Source of the DNA: Octopus vulgaris
Taxonomy: Eukaryota
Direction of reading: 5' to 3'
DNA length: 64,000 bases
NCBI GenBank assembly: GCA_951406725.2
Contig: OX597831.1
Coordinates: forward strand, 54,002,001-54,066,000
Shown: positions 49,190-62,699 of the stretch, piece after piece
Layout of the letters: each line of letters starts with the position of its first letter
Position numbering within the stretch: the stretch's first letter is position 1
Notes under the pieces: generated by a model
Told to the model about the DNA's origin: nothing
The model's database searches: none
The model's input: only the letters and a program-made list of their open reading frames with translations
Program-made: the position numbers and the translations under genes

Positions 49190-52100
49190 GTAAGGCATGT
49201 AACAAGGTTGTGGAAAAAAAAAGCAAGTTTTATATTCATTATCAGTATTTGCTATATTTTGTGGTGTCATGGGTATTATAGTTTCCCAAGTCTTGAAAAT
49301 TTTTTGTGTGATCTAGAGGATGGTTACATTATTCACTAGCCACTTTTAACCCCAGCAAAAGGTTATCTTTGCTAAACTTATGTCTCTGTATTGTAAAAGA
49401 AAAGGTAAAAAATTGCAGACCATAACTGATAACAGGATCTGTTGCTAAGGCACTAAGAAAACATCTTAGCAAAGTAAGTGAATGGGCTGAGTCTTTGTTT
49501 TTAAAATTATCTTTTGCTCAAAATTAGAATGCATTTCTGATACCAAGAAATATGGAAATGTTCATTTATCTTTGTGTTGAGTCTCTGAAATTTTAATTTT
49601 ACATTCTTACTTTTTGGTTTCCCACCTGTTATATTTTTTGAAGTTGATAGTTCTTTTTCTTTTCATGCCAACTTTTTTGTTTTTAAACCCAGAGATATTC
49701 ATTTGAGATAAATCATACCATATTAAAGAATGATATAATAAAAAGTAACAGGTTTTGATATTACTAAATTACATATAATATATAGCCACATTATTTAATC
49801 TTCTTTCATATTGTAACTATTTATGAATATAACACTTAAATTTGTATTCTAATTTTATTTGAGAAGTACATGAACTTCTCAAACTGCTGAATGAAAGTCA
49901 AGTTCATGTTACTATTACTAAACATTTGGTATTTATAGTTTTGATTTATATACACTGTTTAATTGTTACATTCTGAAAGTACTTGCAATCTTCCACCCTG
50001 TTTGATAGCTATACATTCTCCTTTGATTATTTTATAACCAAACCTAAATAATGATTATCTAGCTACTTATTTATATTTTGTGGCAATTTACTAGAGTGGT
50101 ATCTTACAATCTCTATAGGCTTCTTTGTTACTAGTTTTACTGATTAAAGTATAGCGGAGGTATTGGTGTAGATAGTGGTCAGTTAAGATGCCTCAATAGC
50201 TTACACTTTTCGATTCAAGTTCCATTGTGGTTGTTTTGCTGTTCATCTCTCCGAGTTTGATTAAATATACTTAGGTTAAATCAACTACATTTCACCTCTG
50301 CTTTTATAAAAGGATTTGCATCTAAGAATGAAATTACTTTTAACTTTTTCAGTGTGACCACCTAGACTTTTCCTATTCTGTTTCTCAGAATTAACACAAG
50401 TCAGTGTGATTTCAATTATTTATGAGACACAGCTTGACATTTCATTTCATACTTAACACTATCAATCTATTCACTGGAAAGATTGCAAAATGAGCCAGAT
50501 CAAGAATGATTAAAATATAACTGTATGACTTTAAAAATAAATCAGACAAATTCTCTTGTGGAGCATAAGTGATAGTCACAAATCAGTATTCTATAAAATA
50601 TCTTCAGAAACATCATACTAAATTTTTAATACTATTTTGTTTAAATAAATGAAAGTGTGCTTAAAATATTATTACTCTTTATCTTTTTCAATTGATATTT
50701 TTAGCTGTAGAATTTGTAAAAGCTCTTGCTTGTATCAGTATGACAATCCAAGCTAATTTCAATCAGATTTTGCGAAAGAAATAAGTTTATATCACTATAG
50801 CTCCAAATTCCTTTTGAAAACCCCTAAGGGAAATGTCAGCTATGGATTTAATATTTTAATTTTATTATAGTACCTTTTATTCAAAGACTTCCTGCATAGT
50901 TATTGTTACATCTCTCCATTACTTATCATGCAACCCATTCATAATTTTATCTTTTTAAAGTATTACCATCGAAAACTATACAAAATGTGTTTTAACACAC
51001 AAAAAAAATACTAAATAATATTTTGATCACGAGTACTATGAAGTACTGAAAGACTTGATTATGCAGTACATGAACTGGGTTGTGATCTATCTGAAAGCAT
51101 TTTCTTTGTTATGTTACATTTGAAATTTTTATTTTTGGATTTTATATCAGGTAAAAGAAAAATATGATCTAAGAGTAACAGTCATGACCATTTTATTTTA
51201 AGATATAAAATAAACTAATTATAATACACTTGTCAGCCAAAATGTTTAATAACAGTCATCTTGTTATTCAACAGTTCCATTTTGGGCTTTGTAAGTTGAA
51301 TAGATGTGAAATCCAAGATGTTTTGTCCCACACAGAAACAGCAGGAACTACTTAAAGATATTCCAACCTCTTCTGGTGGCAGTGACTTAAACCATCATGG
51401 TGTTGAAAACGCCTTTCATATCTTCTGCAAGTATTCACCTAGCAGGGCAATGAGGGTTGAATTGTCCTTTGCTTCGTTCTTACTATATCACTTAGGTATT
51501 AGATTTTCAGCCTTTAGTTTTTGCATTTCAAGAATTTTTGCCTTTCAAGTTCATTATGTGCATTGTTTGGTTATGTATGCTTCTATTGATCCATAGAAGA
51601 AAGACTGTACTAAGTAACTTAGAGTAGATGAAGATAGTGAACTAATGTGAGGTTGTTTAATTGTTAATAATAATGAAATAGATTAAATCAAAGCCACTTG
51701 CTAATTTAGAGCTCATTTCCTACTGAAAAAAGGGAGGTTCAAATAATGGCTTTGAATAATGAAATCAGCAACAGAAGAAGCACACAAATTGTTGTGATGA
51801 TGGTAGGAAAGGCTTCAGTCTTGAAATAAAGAGTAAAATTTGAGAATAAATGATTCAAGGTTTCCCTCTCTCTGCATGAAAAAAAATTTAATGCCTTATT
51901 TTCATGCCTCTGAATCCTTTCTTCTCAAAACTTCTACTTTTCAATGTTAGTCAACATACAATCTTGTACATTTACTTAGTGATTCTTTCATTACTACTTT
52001 AACATGCACAGTAAGGTTATGTTTTGCTGATGAGATCATAATAAGACTGAAAATAGATTAACACTAAATTATTACTTTAGTACAGTGTAGCCTGTTACTG

Positions 52101-52399
52101 TAACTGTGGTGCAGCTTGTGAGAAAACCTCTAACACTTAGAATAAAATGCATATATTAGGCAGTTTCGCTCACCAATTTCCTAGTTGTTCTATTTTTTTC
52201 ACTTTTTTTAAAATGTATGTGAAGAATGACAGTCAGTGTTTTCTACAGTTGGTATCATCAATGTATGATTTCAGAATTTATCTGAAGATTGTTTAGAGAA
52301 GTTATACTTATTATTTTGAGCTGATAGACTAGATATTTAGAATGTTTCAGAAAGTGCTGATGGATAATTGTTTTTAGTGCATTGAAATGTTACTGAATA

Positions 52400-53520
52400 A
52401 GAGCAATTGAACAATAAAAAGTCCATTACATGTGTGTGTGTGTGTGTGTAGTTAGGAGCAGGAGATATTTCGTTTTTGTTAGGTGTTGGAGATATCATGT
52501 GAATAGCTTAAAAAAGAAACCAATTGTAATTTGTGAGCACATTGTTTGGCTTCAATACTATCAGTCCATTAATTTATCAAGAAGAAAATGTTTGTTGCAC
52601 TCTGTGGTTGAAGGAATTGGGCAGGTTAGTGAGGATATATTAAATGTTGCTGAAGATGAAATAAGATGGAAAAGTGACAGCTTCAGTTGCAGAACTGCTA
52701 CAAAAACACTCCTTTCAATAAAAAAGTAGAAAGTTGGAAGATCCTCTAAAATCAGTTAAGAGGCACTTAACTACACATGCAATGTTATAACTATAGTTGA
52801 AGAAATATAGGCATATATGAGTTTGTGTTCAAATCAATAGGATATAGCTTTGTTAGTAGTACTAATGGATAAGAAGCGGTGAAAGTATGAATTTGACATA
52901 TGGAGTTTGAGGAAGCAGCAGTGTTTGTAATAGTTGGTAGGGTTAGTATTTAGCTGGAATATACAGTGCATGGGTTAATGAGTAGTGAGAAGACATGAGT
53001 ATGTTTCAGTAGATTGATTTTTACTTTTACTTACTGGTTTTTGAGGATGCGTCAGACTGTCTTTGGCCAGTAAGATTAATGCCATTAATGTTCCTATTGA
53101 ATCATTGCATGTCAACACCTGTAGGAAAAACATGGGCAAGAAGGGAATTCTAGGGGGTTGATATTCTGGGAAGGACAAACTAGTAACAATTAGTGCAAGA
53201 CCTGGAAGGGCTGGATTAGACAAAAAAAGTTAGAGTGGGTTAGAATGTCTGAGTGGAGGTTGTATGAGCCCAGTAGGCTCCAGTAAGCAGCAGCCAGTAT
53301 AGTAACAGTAGAAAAGGTAGAGAGAGAAGACAGAGTATCTGTGAGCTAGAGGCTGGAACACGTCTGAGTGGCCTTATGCAAGTTAGTTAGATAATCCCAT
53401 TTTGGATGCAGCCTTAGATGTCTGTATGTGCAGCAGTAGCAGCTCTGTCTCAGGTGTGAGAGCAATAATCCATTGACCTCACCTAAGCTTTGTACAGAAT
53501 CAATAATTATTAGGAGTTGA
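52400..53520 (-). mobile_element. Old CR1/Jockey-like LINE remnants
   Basis: Minus strand SSLYLFYCYYTGCC (~53310) and NSLLAHVF (~53140); 'tctgtgagctagag' shared with 41941. The 52400-52950 part is weaker (possible endonuclease remnant). Confidence 0.5.
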
Positions 53521-53839
53521 AGTATCTTCTAACCTCAAAGAAAAGGATTAATTGTTGGAATGTGGTTTTGCCTTTGTTAAGAATGTTTTTGACTGGTGAG
53601 GTCCTTGGTGATACTGAAACATAACATTTCAAGTGATTGTCAGAGCTCCAGTTGTGAGTTGTTTATGACCAAGTGGGATGTGGTAAATATGATCATAATT
53701 TCTTAAGGAGTAGCATTTCTTTTCTTGGGCAAGATTGGCATATTCTTAGAGTTCTAATGTTAGAAGGAAAAGAGAGAAGGTAACATGACAAGTGGTTGGA
53801 TTAAAAGATTTACTGCAAAAAAAAGATGTTTAACTTCAA

Positions 53840-54020
53840 TTAAACTCTAATTGAGAAGACCTATAATCAAATTTTCCAGCTATGACCATCCCATTTATGT
53901 TTGTCATAGTACATTGAAGATTACATTATCCAATACATACTTTTTTAAGGTGGTATGATGTGATTTTAGAGATTTGGTTGCTATTTTTAGTATGTCAAAA
54001 GACTATATGCAGATCTCCTC
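53840..54020 (+). mobile_element. Repeat family E copy
   Basis: 'gagaagacctataatcaaattttccagctatgaccatccc...gatttggttgctatttttag'. Confidence 0.6.
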
Positions 54021-55333
54021 TTCTAACAATATACAATTTACTAAAAAGAAAATTGTAAATGAAATCAGTGAGCCATTTTAAATGCGAGTGCAGTGCTCCA
54101 TGAAATGTATTTGTATCTCAACTTCTTAGAGCACTACTGATACTGAAAGCTGTAATGTTTATTTATTTGCAATGAAGTCTTGTTTCTAATATGCTTTGTC
54201 AATGAATGTGTGAGGTTACTAAATAAGCTTGCTGAAGGTAGTCCTATCAAGTGAGTAAATAAGAAGTTTCTGGTAAGTTGCTCACCAAGAAACGAATCTA
54301 TGTAGTTTTTTTTTTTTTTTGATGGTAAACATTACCAATGAGTCAGATCATTTAACTTCATAAGCAGCTTCTGTGGAGCTGTATGTGTACAGATAAAATT
54401 TGACACTTATGCTAGCACGGATGAAAATCAAAGTGCTTTTATATAAATTTCCTGTGAATGTATTTTACATCTGATAGCCAGAAATATCAACTGAGATATA
54501 GCACAGTTCAAACAAAATATTTGGCTACAGTGTTTGCATTGAAAATTTTAAATATTATACCAATTATGTACAATTATTTTAGTATGTTGGTGTAAATTTG
54601 TATAAACATAAATTTGACTATAAGTAGTTCTATGTATATCTTATATCATGTTGGGAGATTTGAATGTGACATTTAGACCTGAGGCTATAGTTTGGTGATA
54701 CTGCTCAGACTATTAGCCATAGGTAGAAAGTATATGAAGTTAAAAGTATCAAAAGATATGCATATATGAAAGTTTATATAAAATGTATTTACAATAAATC
54801 TTTCATAACCTATATACATATTTATATTTAGGTGATTGAGATTTTTTTACTTTAGATTTTCGAAAATTTTAGAATCAAGTCTTCAGTGGTTCTTTGGATA
54901 TATACCAGAACCATAATATGATGCTATTTAAATTTTCTTTTTATATCTGCATATTGTCATTTCAAAATAAAGATGATCCTCTATTGATTATACTATCTGC
55001 CTCAAGAAAGGTTAGAGAAAAAATCCAATAATGAGCCTCTTATTGATTTATATATGTTATTAAAGAAAATTAGTTTAATCTTGTTTACATTTTCAGTTAA
55101 TTAGATTTGAAACTAAGATTGCGCTGATGATCATGATTCTTGTTTTACCCTACTTCTATGTGATTCTTATATGAATTCAGTGGCAATCATTAACCATTTA
55201 TTCACACAGCTTTCTCAGTGGCTGCAGAATGTGATTTCACCAAAATATTTTCATCAATCAATCAACATTTATTCATTTTATGTTTTAACTATTTTCATTG
55301 ATATATTTGCTGATCATTGGCAACTAAACATAC

Positions 55334-55410
<77 letters not shown>
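55334..55410. repeat. (TG)n(TA)n(GA)n compound microsatellite
   Basis: Seen directly. Confidence 0.95.
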
Positions 55411-55415
<5 letters not shown>

Positions 55416-55745
55416 TTTGTTTTCTTTCATAAAATATCTAAAGAAACAATCTAGTTTGTATGCTGTTGGGATATGTTCCAGATTAGGGTAACATATTTGT
55501 TCTTACTAAGATATTTCTTTAAACCAATTTATCACCCCTGATTTGGCACCACACAATTCTCTAGCTATTAAAGAAATTCATGTGAACTGAACATATTGAT
55601 CTATATCATATCAGGTTGAGTGTTTCTCAAGGGTCTTGCATTGTATTTGATAGCAATTCAGGGTGAGGGGGTTGGTAAGCTGTCGAGGGATTACACACAC
55701 ATGTGCGTGTCTTACACAAGCAAAAGAGATAGAACTCAATACATA

Positions 55746-55781
<36 letters not shown>

Positions 55782-55994
55782 TATTTATAGCCATGAAGCT
55801 ACATCAGTGAATCAAGAGCCTAGAGTTTCAGCTCAAGTGCCAGAGTACTTGAGTCATGGATGTAGCTTCATGACTGCAAAAAAAAAGTGTGACATCTGTT
55901 GATTAGAAATACAAACAAGGAAAGAAGTACCCAGTATTGTAGATTCTGTGTTCAGTTGTTTAATTCTGTAGATGCTTGGATTTTCACGTTTGCT

Positions 55995-55997
<3 letters not shown>

Positions 55998-56045
<48 letters not shown>

Positions 56046-56055
56046 TCCCTCTCCC
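55998..56055. repeat. (TC)n microsatellite
   Basis: Seen directly. Confidence 0.95.
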
Positions 56056-58786
56056 AAAAGAGCCAAGTACTTGTATTGATATAATTGACTACATTCTTGA
56101 ATGGCTACAATACAATAACTGAAACTAATACAAGATATATATTATATACATACATATATACTTGCACATGTGTGCACACATCTGCATTGCAGAGACATCC
56201 AGCTAAAGTTGGAAAGTAAATTGTAAATCTATACCTGACACTTCAACCTTATTACAGATGAGAAATGGTGATGTTCATGGCTTTCTATGTATTAAGTTTC
56301 TAATAAAATGACAGTGACTATGTTATAGATTTACCCTTGCAACTGATGCTTCCTATTGTTAAGTTGGTTTTCTTTTTTTCTTTTCCTACTCATTAAAATA
56401 GAAAGCACATAATTAAAGCTAAGTAGCTAGCAATAATGGAAGATTTGAAAGGCCCTTGAACTGGGATTGCAAGTGATTAAACAAAACCGACAAGCAAATA
56501 AATAACATAAAAAAAGACAACTAAACCAATACTGTTTTTCAAAACATTCCTTTTTCTCCTTTAAAACAATTTTCAAAGAATGGATCTAAAAATTTTGAGA
56601 AAAAAAATTACTCATGTTTTAATGGGTTCATTTTTAGATTAATTATCAAGTTTATTACTCTGCTGTGTGCAAATTTTGTTATGAACTATAATAATTGAAA
56701 CTATCATATCAACTTTGTGTATTATATTTCATGTTCTATTTCTAATATACTCTAAAGCTGTCTTTCAAAATGATAGTTCAGGAATGTGAAAAGGTAGAAA
56801 GCAATTAACCAAGATGTCAGATGTTTCATATCCTGTCATTGGCACTATATTTTTCCATAATTAAGACCTTTAATTCTCAATAGTTAAGTTCACCTTGCTC
56901 TACGTAAATACTGCCAATGACGTAATCCACTGCTGTCGTTAGTGGAAGCAGTGTAGGACTGACAAGTGATTTGTTAATCATAGTGCCAACCAATATCAGA
57001 AAGAGAAAGTAGATTGTAAAAATGACATGACACATCAGTCTTAGAATGGATAGGAAATGATCACTTCTAGATCTGTCTCATTTACTTAATGCTACAGATG
57101 CTGAAAATTATCAGCACTGGTTCTGTGGATCACTAGGATTCAGGGAAACAATTTTGCTTCATCTTTCAAATGTATAGTCTCTTAACGAATAGCTTTCTTC
57201 TTCTTCAAATTCTTTGGTTCCTTGTATCTTTTCCAAAGAGGTGAAAAATTATGTCTCTCAAACTTTGTTGTTGTTAATCAAAATGGGAAATACTATTCTT
57301 GACTGAAGTTACCATTTCAATAACCTGGTTTGAACCTAGTAGCATACAGCTGTAGCAGCTTTGACAAAGGTTGCTTGTTTTACTATTGTGTTGCTAAATC
57401 TAAATATCCTGTTAGCCAAGAGACTAGTTTTTATTATTTTATTATGTTTTCCTGTTTACATTTTGTCCTGTTTGTGTTTATTTTGATTTGGGTTATTTTT
57501 TTTCACTCCATCTGCAGAGATCAACAAGCACCAAATCAGAGTAGGATCAATACTTACATATACACACACACACATGCATACATTATTCTTTTAATTTTTT
57601 TTATCAGCTTGTATTATTTGAATATGTTTTTGATACTTCACTAGTGTTTTACAATTTTGAAAATGTATGACAAGCTTCTTTTTATTAAGTTCATTTCAAA
57701 GCTGTCATGCTTGTTTATGTTAGATAAACAGACTGAGGTTATAAGAAAAATATTCATTTAAAATTCTTTCACATTTATCATTACTACTGTTCATGTTTAT
57801 CCAAGTGAATCAGACTTTACCTTGATTTCACAAAGCCATTTGTGTTATGCTTTTATTTGTTGCTAATATCATTGTAACAGCTTGCTCTATATTTAAATAA
57901 TTCAATACATATGTATGAATGTTTGTGTACTCTACAAATATTTGTCATTAGATATATTTTTTGTCTTATTTTACTTAATGTTTTTAAAATTTTTCAATAA
58001 ATATTTTATGAACATTTTCTTAAAACATTTCAGTCAATTTGAACTATTTTCCTTACAATAGCATAACTTTCTCTAAAGTTCAGCAAGGGCAGATAAAGTA
58101 GTTTCTAATAATCTCATTTTACTGTTCTGTCTTATTTCTTTGTAGTTTTTAGTTGCAGGATAATCTGTCTCCAACAATAAATAATTTAATAAGCTATTTT
58201 GAGAATAGAAATGACTCTTGTAGGAAAATGTCAAAAGTAAAGCAAAATAACTTTAAAATATTTTTCAATCAGATCAACTGAGTCTTCTGATTGAAATCTT
58301 TCTTCTTTAATTATTATTTCTTTCATTTGTATTATAGAGATTTCTTTTAAGTGCTCTGATTGTCCATACTGCTGGAATGTTTTTATCATTTAATTAAGAA
58401 GGGAAGACCAGCACCCATGACCCTTTTTTTTTTTCCAGGGCCTCTGGTACTAAGAGGGGAGGCAGGTGCCCGCAAACTGGAGACCTGGCTTGAATTCTTG
58501 CAACAGTGTGAACTCTGCTATAAGCACCCAAGGACTTGAAACCTGAAGAGCCAGAACAAAACTGGAGCATCTTTCCAATGCTTTAAAAATTCCACCAATC
58601 CACTATTCTGGACTGGTATTATAAAGAAGATGAACGGCAAAGCTTATCTTGTTAGAGATTAAACACAGTGCACAATGATGTGGAAATAAAAAATTGTTTT
58701 CTATACTCTAACTACCCTACTATTTATACATTTTTTTCTATTATAAAGTAATTTGTAAACAAGTCTTATGGAAACATAGTTTTCTT

Positions 58787-58953
58787 AAAGAATTAGCAAA
58801 AAAAAAAAAAATGATACAAGCAAATGCAAATAATCAAAGAAGATATAGGATCATCATCATCATCATCATTTAACGGACGTTAAACGATGATGATGATGAT
58901 CCTATATCTTCTTTGATTATTTGCTTGTATCATTTTTTTGTTGCTAATTCTTT
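58787..58953. repeat. Foldback with ~80-90-bp arms and 2-nt loop, centred on an RTE 3' terminus
   Basis: ...caaataatcaaagaagatataggat(cat)n-ttaacg-ga-cgttaaac(gat)n-cctatatcttctttgattatttg... Confidence 0.95.
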
Positions 58954-58959
58954 TATCTT

Positions 58960-60563
58960 TACATATCAAGCAGGCCTACCAAATGATCAGAAGGGCCATT
59001 TTTATGATAACTTTCTACAGGCTACTTCAAAGAGGAGTGGCAATGACCTCATCTTTGTGGCTGATGATTTTAATGGGCATGTTGGGCAGCAGTCTGATAC
59101 CTTCACTGGTGTACACAGGAGCCATGGTATTGGTTCCCAAAACAATGAGGGAACTAGGCTACTGGAGTTTTGTGATGCATGTAACCTTTTAACCTGCAAC
59201 ACTAACTTCAGGAAACCAGACAGCCACCTGATAACCTATCAATCAGGTGACTCTGCTAACCGGATTGATTTCGTCCTCACCAGACAGTGGGATGCAGGAC
59301 TACTCTTAAATACAAAGACCCTCTCGGGCAAGGAATGTAACCCCCAGCATAGACTGTTCATTAGTGACTTTAGACTCTAGGCCAGAAGGATGCCAAGAAG
59401 CAGCCCAATCCAGAAAAGAATTCCATAAGATGTACCTAGTGTAAGCTATAGACACATAAGAGGTGCAGCAACATCAAAGGAAGATTAACCAGGAAGATAG
59501 CTTTTGTGTGCAGCAGATGCACAGGAGCAATAAACATCACAGATGCTCATAAAACAGATTCCATCACATGCCAAGGGAAGAAACTAGAAGTAGTTGATAG
59601 CTTCCGCTACCCAGGTGGCCAAGTCTCTTGTGGGGGTGGATGCTCAGAGAGTGTTACCACTAGAATAAGAATAGCCTGGGCAAAGTTCAGAAAGCTTCTA
59701 CCCTTACTGGTGATAAAGAGCCTCTCGCCCAGAGTGAAAGGTAGATTGTACAATGCATGTGTGCAAACTGCCATGCTTCATGGCAGTGAAACATGGGCTG
59801 TGACTGCTGAAGACATGCGTAGGCTTGAAAGAAATGAAGCTAGCATGATCTGCTGGATGTGTAATGTCAGTGTGCACACACGACAGAGTGTAAGTGCCCT
59901 GAGAGAAATCTTGGACATAAGAGGCATTGGATGTGGCATGCAAGAGAGACGTTTACGTTGGTATGGTCTTGTACTACGGATTGATGAGAAGAGCTGTGTG
60001 AAGCAACACCACTCCCAAACAGGGAAGAATCCGGGGTAGAGGGAGACCCAGGAAGACATGGGATGAGGTGGTGAAGCATGACCTTTGAACTTTGGGCCTC
60101 ACAGAGGCAATAACAAAAGACCGAGACCTCTAGAGATATGCTGTGACTGAGAAGACCTGGCAAATAAAGTGAGTTCACAGCTGTAACCTACACCAGTGTC
60201 GCATAACCAGCCCACTCAAAAGTACCATGCTTGAGGAGCTCTATTAAGTCAAGTACATCAAAATCAAAAAAGCACCATACAAACGTGGCCAATGCCAGCG
60301 CCTCCTTGACTGGCTTCCATGCCAGTGGCACGTAAAATGCACCATCCAATCTTGGTTGATGCCTGGTCCCTGTGCCAGTGGCACGTAAAAAATCACCCAC
60401 TACACTCTCAGAGTGGTTGGCGTTAGGAAGGGCATCCAGCTGTAGAAACACTGCCAGATCAGACTGGAGCCTGGTGTAGCCTCCTGGCTTCCTAGACCCC
60501 AGCCGAACAGTCCAACCAATGCCAGCATGGAAAATGGATGTTAAACGATGGCGATGATGATCA
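58960..60563 (+). mobile_element. RTE-clade LINE, 5'-truncated and internally deleted
   Basis: APE motifs ADDFNGHVG, NNEGTRLLEFC, NTNFRK, RIDFVL, PQHRL are fused to post-RT-core VVDSFRYPG, RIRIAWAKF, MLHGSETW, RRLRWYG. 3' UTR and 'gttaaacgatg..gatgat' tail follow. Confidence 0.92.
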
Positions 60564-62419
60564 TGCATTTAGATAAGTTAAATGATGATTTCATGAAAAT
60601 CAGGGGAAGGCTAGCTTTTTAATTAATTTTTTTTTAAATGTGCTACTTTACTAGGAAGATATTATTTACTCTTAATTCTTAAACCTTCATCTTGATCTAA
60701 ACTGTATAGTGACAGTCTTCATGTTGATATGAGCTTCATTCATATCTACAGTATAGTTTCTGCCAATGTCTATATTCTGTCTGTGAGGAATGACATTCTC
60801 AAGTTTGATATATAAACTACTTTCTAAATCTTCCTTAATTCATCCCTACCAACCTATGTTACTTTTTAACGCAAAAGTTTGTTCACTTGTGAGTAGATAT
60901 CTCTGAGCTGTTAAGTCATTGACCAATGTATGCAAGCAAAATGATTAGATGAATGTAGTCTCATCTACTTCCATTCATCATAAGTGAAGGTGATAAATAT
61001 ATAATTTTTTAATTAAAACATTTGACGTCAAACGCTATTAATCTTTCTTTTATACGTTTATTTTTATTTCTCTTTTTGTTAACTTTTTGCTTAATTATTC
61101 CAAATCTTAATAGTTTAATGAAATATTAAATTTTCATTGACCTGATAAAATGGATAAGTGTGAGAAAATGAAAAATATTTCTTTTAATTTCCATTAATCA
61201 TTTGAAATGTTTTGAAAGTAGTCACTTAAAATTATAAACACATTTTTTAAAGCCTATGCTTCATTTTATTTCACTCTATTATAATGTATTCACTGCTGTT
61301 TTTATTTATTTATTTATTTGTACATTTTAAAGATAAGTTTAAGCTGCCAATAAACACTTTAATGTGACACTTTTATCTCCAACTAATGATTTTTTTAGCA
61401 AACCATACATTATCTAAGAAAGAAGAAAGGAAGACAATTTTTATGGTTTTTAGTCATAATAAAGCAACGAAAAGTAAAGTTGCCTCATCAATATTAAGGA
61501 CCTATTAGCATTTTCTTTCTGACTGAATCAAAGGTAGATTAGTTTTATTCTGAATTTATTAATGTTAATGAATACTGTAATCCTAGAGAGCAAGGAAGAT
61601 CTGGCAGGATTCTGTGGTTTACCTAAGGAGAGTACATGATTACCTTTGTCTAGTGTCAGGAAGATATTCACTACTTCATTGCAATTGGTAAAAATTTCTA
61701 TATTTACCTTATGACATGAATTTCAAATCAACTCTATTGAACTGTGATCACAACCCTGATCAAATAATTGGCAATAAAAAAATACTAGGTCCATACTGAT
61801 TAACTGTGTTACTACTTCATAAAAAAGAAACACCTTTCTTGCATTCTCATAATTCCTTTTCTCTTTAACCTTAATTACTGATTCTGCATTTGTACTTGAA
61901 ATAAGGTTTGTAGATTGTACATTATTTGTCTTTGATCATTCCCACCACAGAATTACATATTTTTGTGCAATGTTTATGAACTCAAACCTACTTATTTAAT
62001 TTCTCTTGAAAAATATAAATCAATGTGTTATACAAGCAGAATGAACTATTAGTGCATCATTACAAATTTAAACTATTAAATGGCCTACCAAATTTGAGTA
62101 CACCACACTATTGAACTGTAACCTCTACTTTTTCTAGTTTAAAATTAAAAATATATTTTATTCTTATGTATTTTATAACTTTAAATTTTGATTAAATTCT
62201 ATTCAATCTAAGCAGTGTCTCTTTTTCATGCCCATGCTTTTATTATGTACTGAAGATTTTCTTCATTATTAGCATATATCAGTAATGTAAATCACACTTA
62301 AATAATATGTGGCTAACCATACACCACCAGTGTACTAACAGAACTAACAATTGCCATTAGATGAATCCACTGCATACACAGTATTTCATAGCTCTGGGAA
62401 TGAAGTGTATACATTAGTC

Positions 62420-62699
62420 CAGTAGTTTCCAAACTTGTTTCAATGCAGAACATATGATTTTCCAAAGATCATGGAACTTGTACCTCTTTTTTGTGTACAA
62501 CTTCTGTCATCTCAATTTAAATATGATATTAATTAAATGAAGCACAAATTGTTTTTGAGAGAGAATATATTCATAGAAAAAGAAACAACTTATTCTGAAA
62601 ATGGCAAATAGTACTTGTTTTAAAAATAACATTTCTATTCTTCTTTAAGACATATGGAACCCCAGAATGTTTTCATGGAACCCACTTTGAGAAAACATG
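62420..62699. mobile_element. hAT (Charlie/MER5-like) MITE
   Basis: TIRs CAGTAGTTTCCAAA / TTTGAGAAAACATG; 8-bp TSD cattagtc / cattagtt. Confidence 0.75.

Noticed and set aside
52027-52060. CUGAUGA...GAAA hammerhead-like spacing
   Set aside because: Stem II is mismatched and stems I and III cannot be formed
58543-58570. CUGAAGA followed by a ccag/ctgg stem
   Set aside because: No GAAA core after the stem
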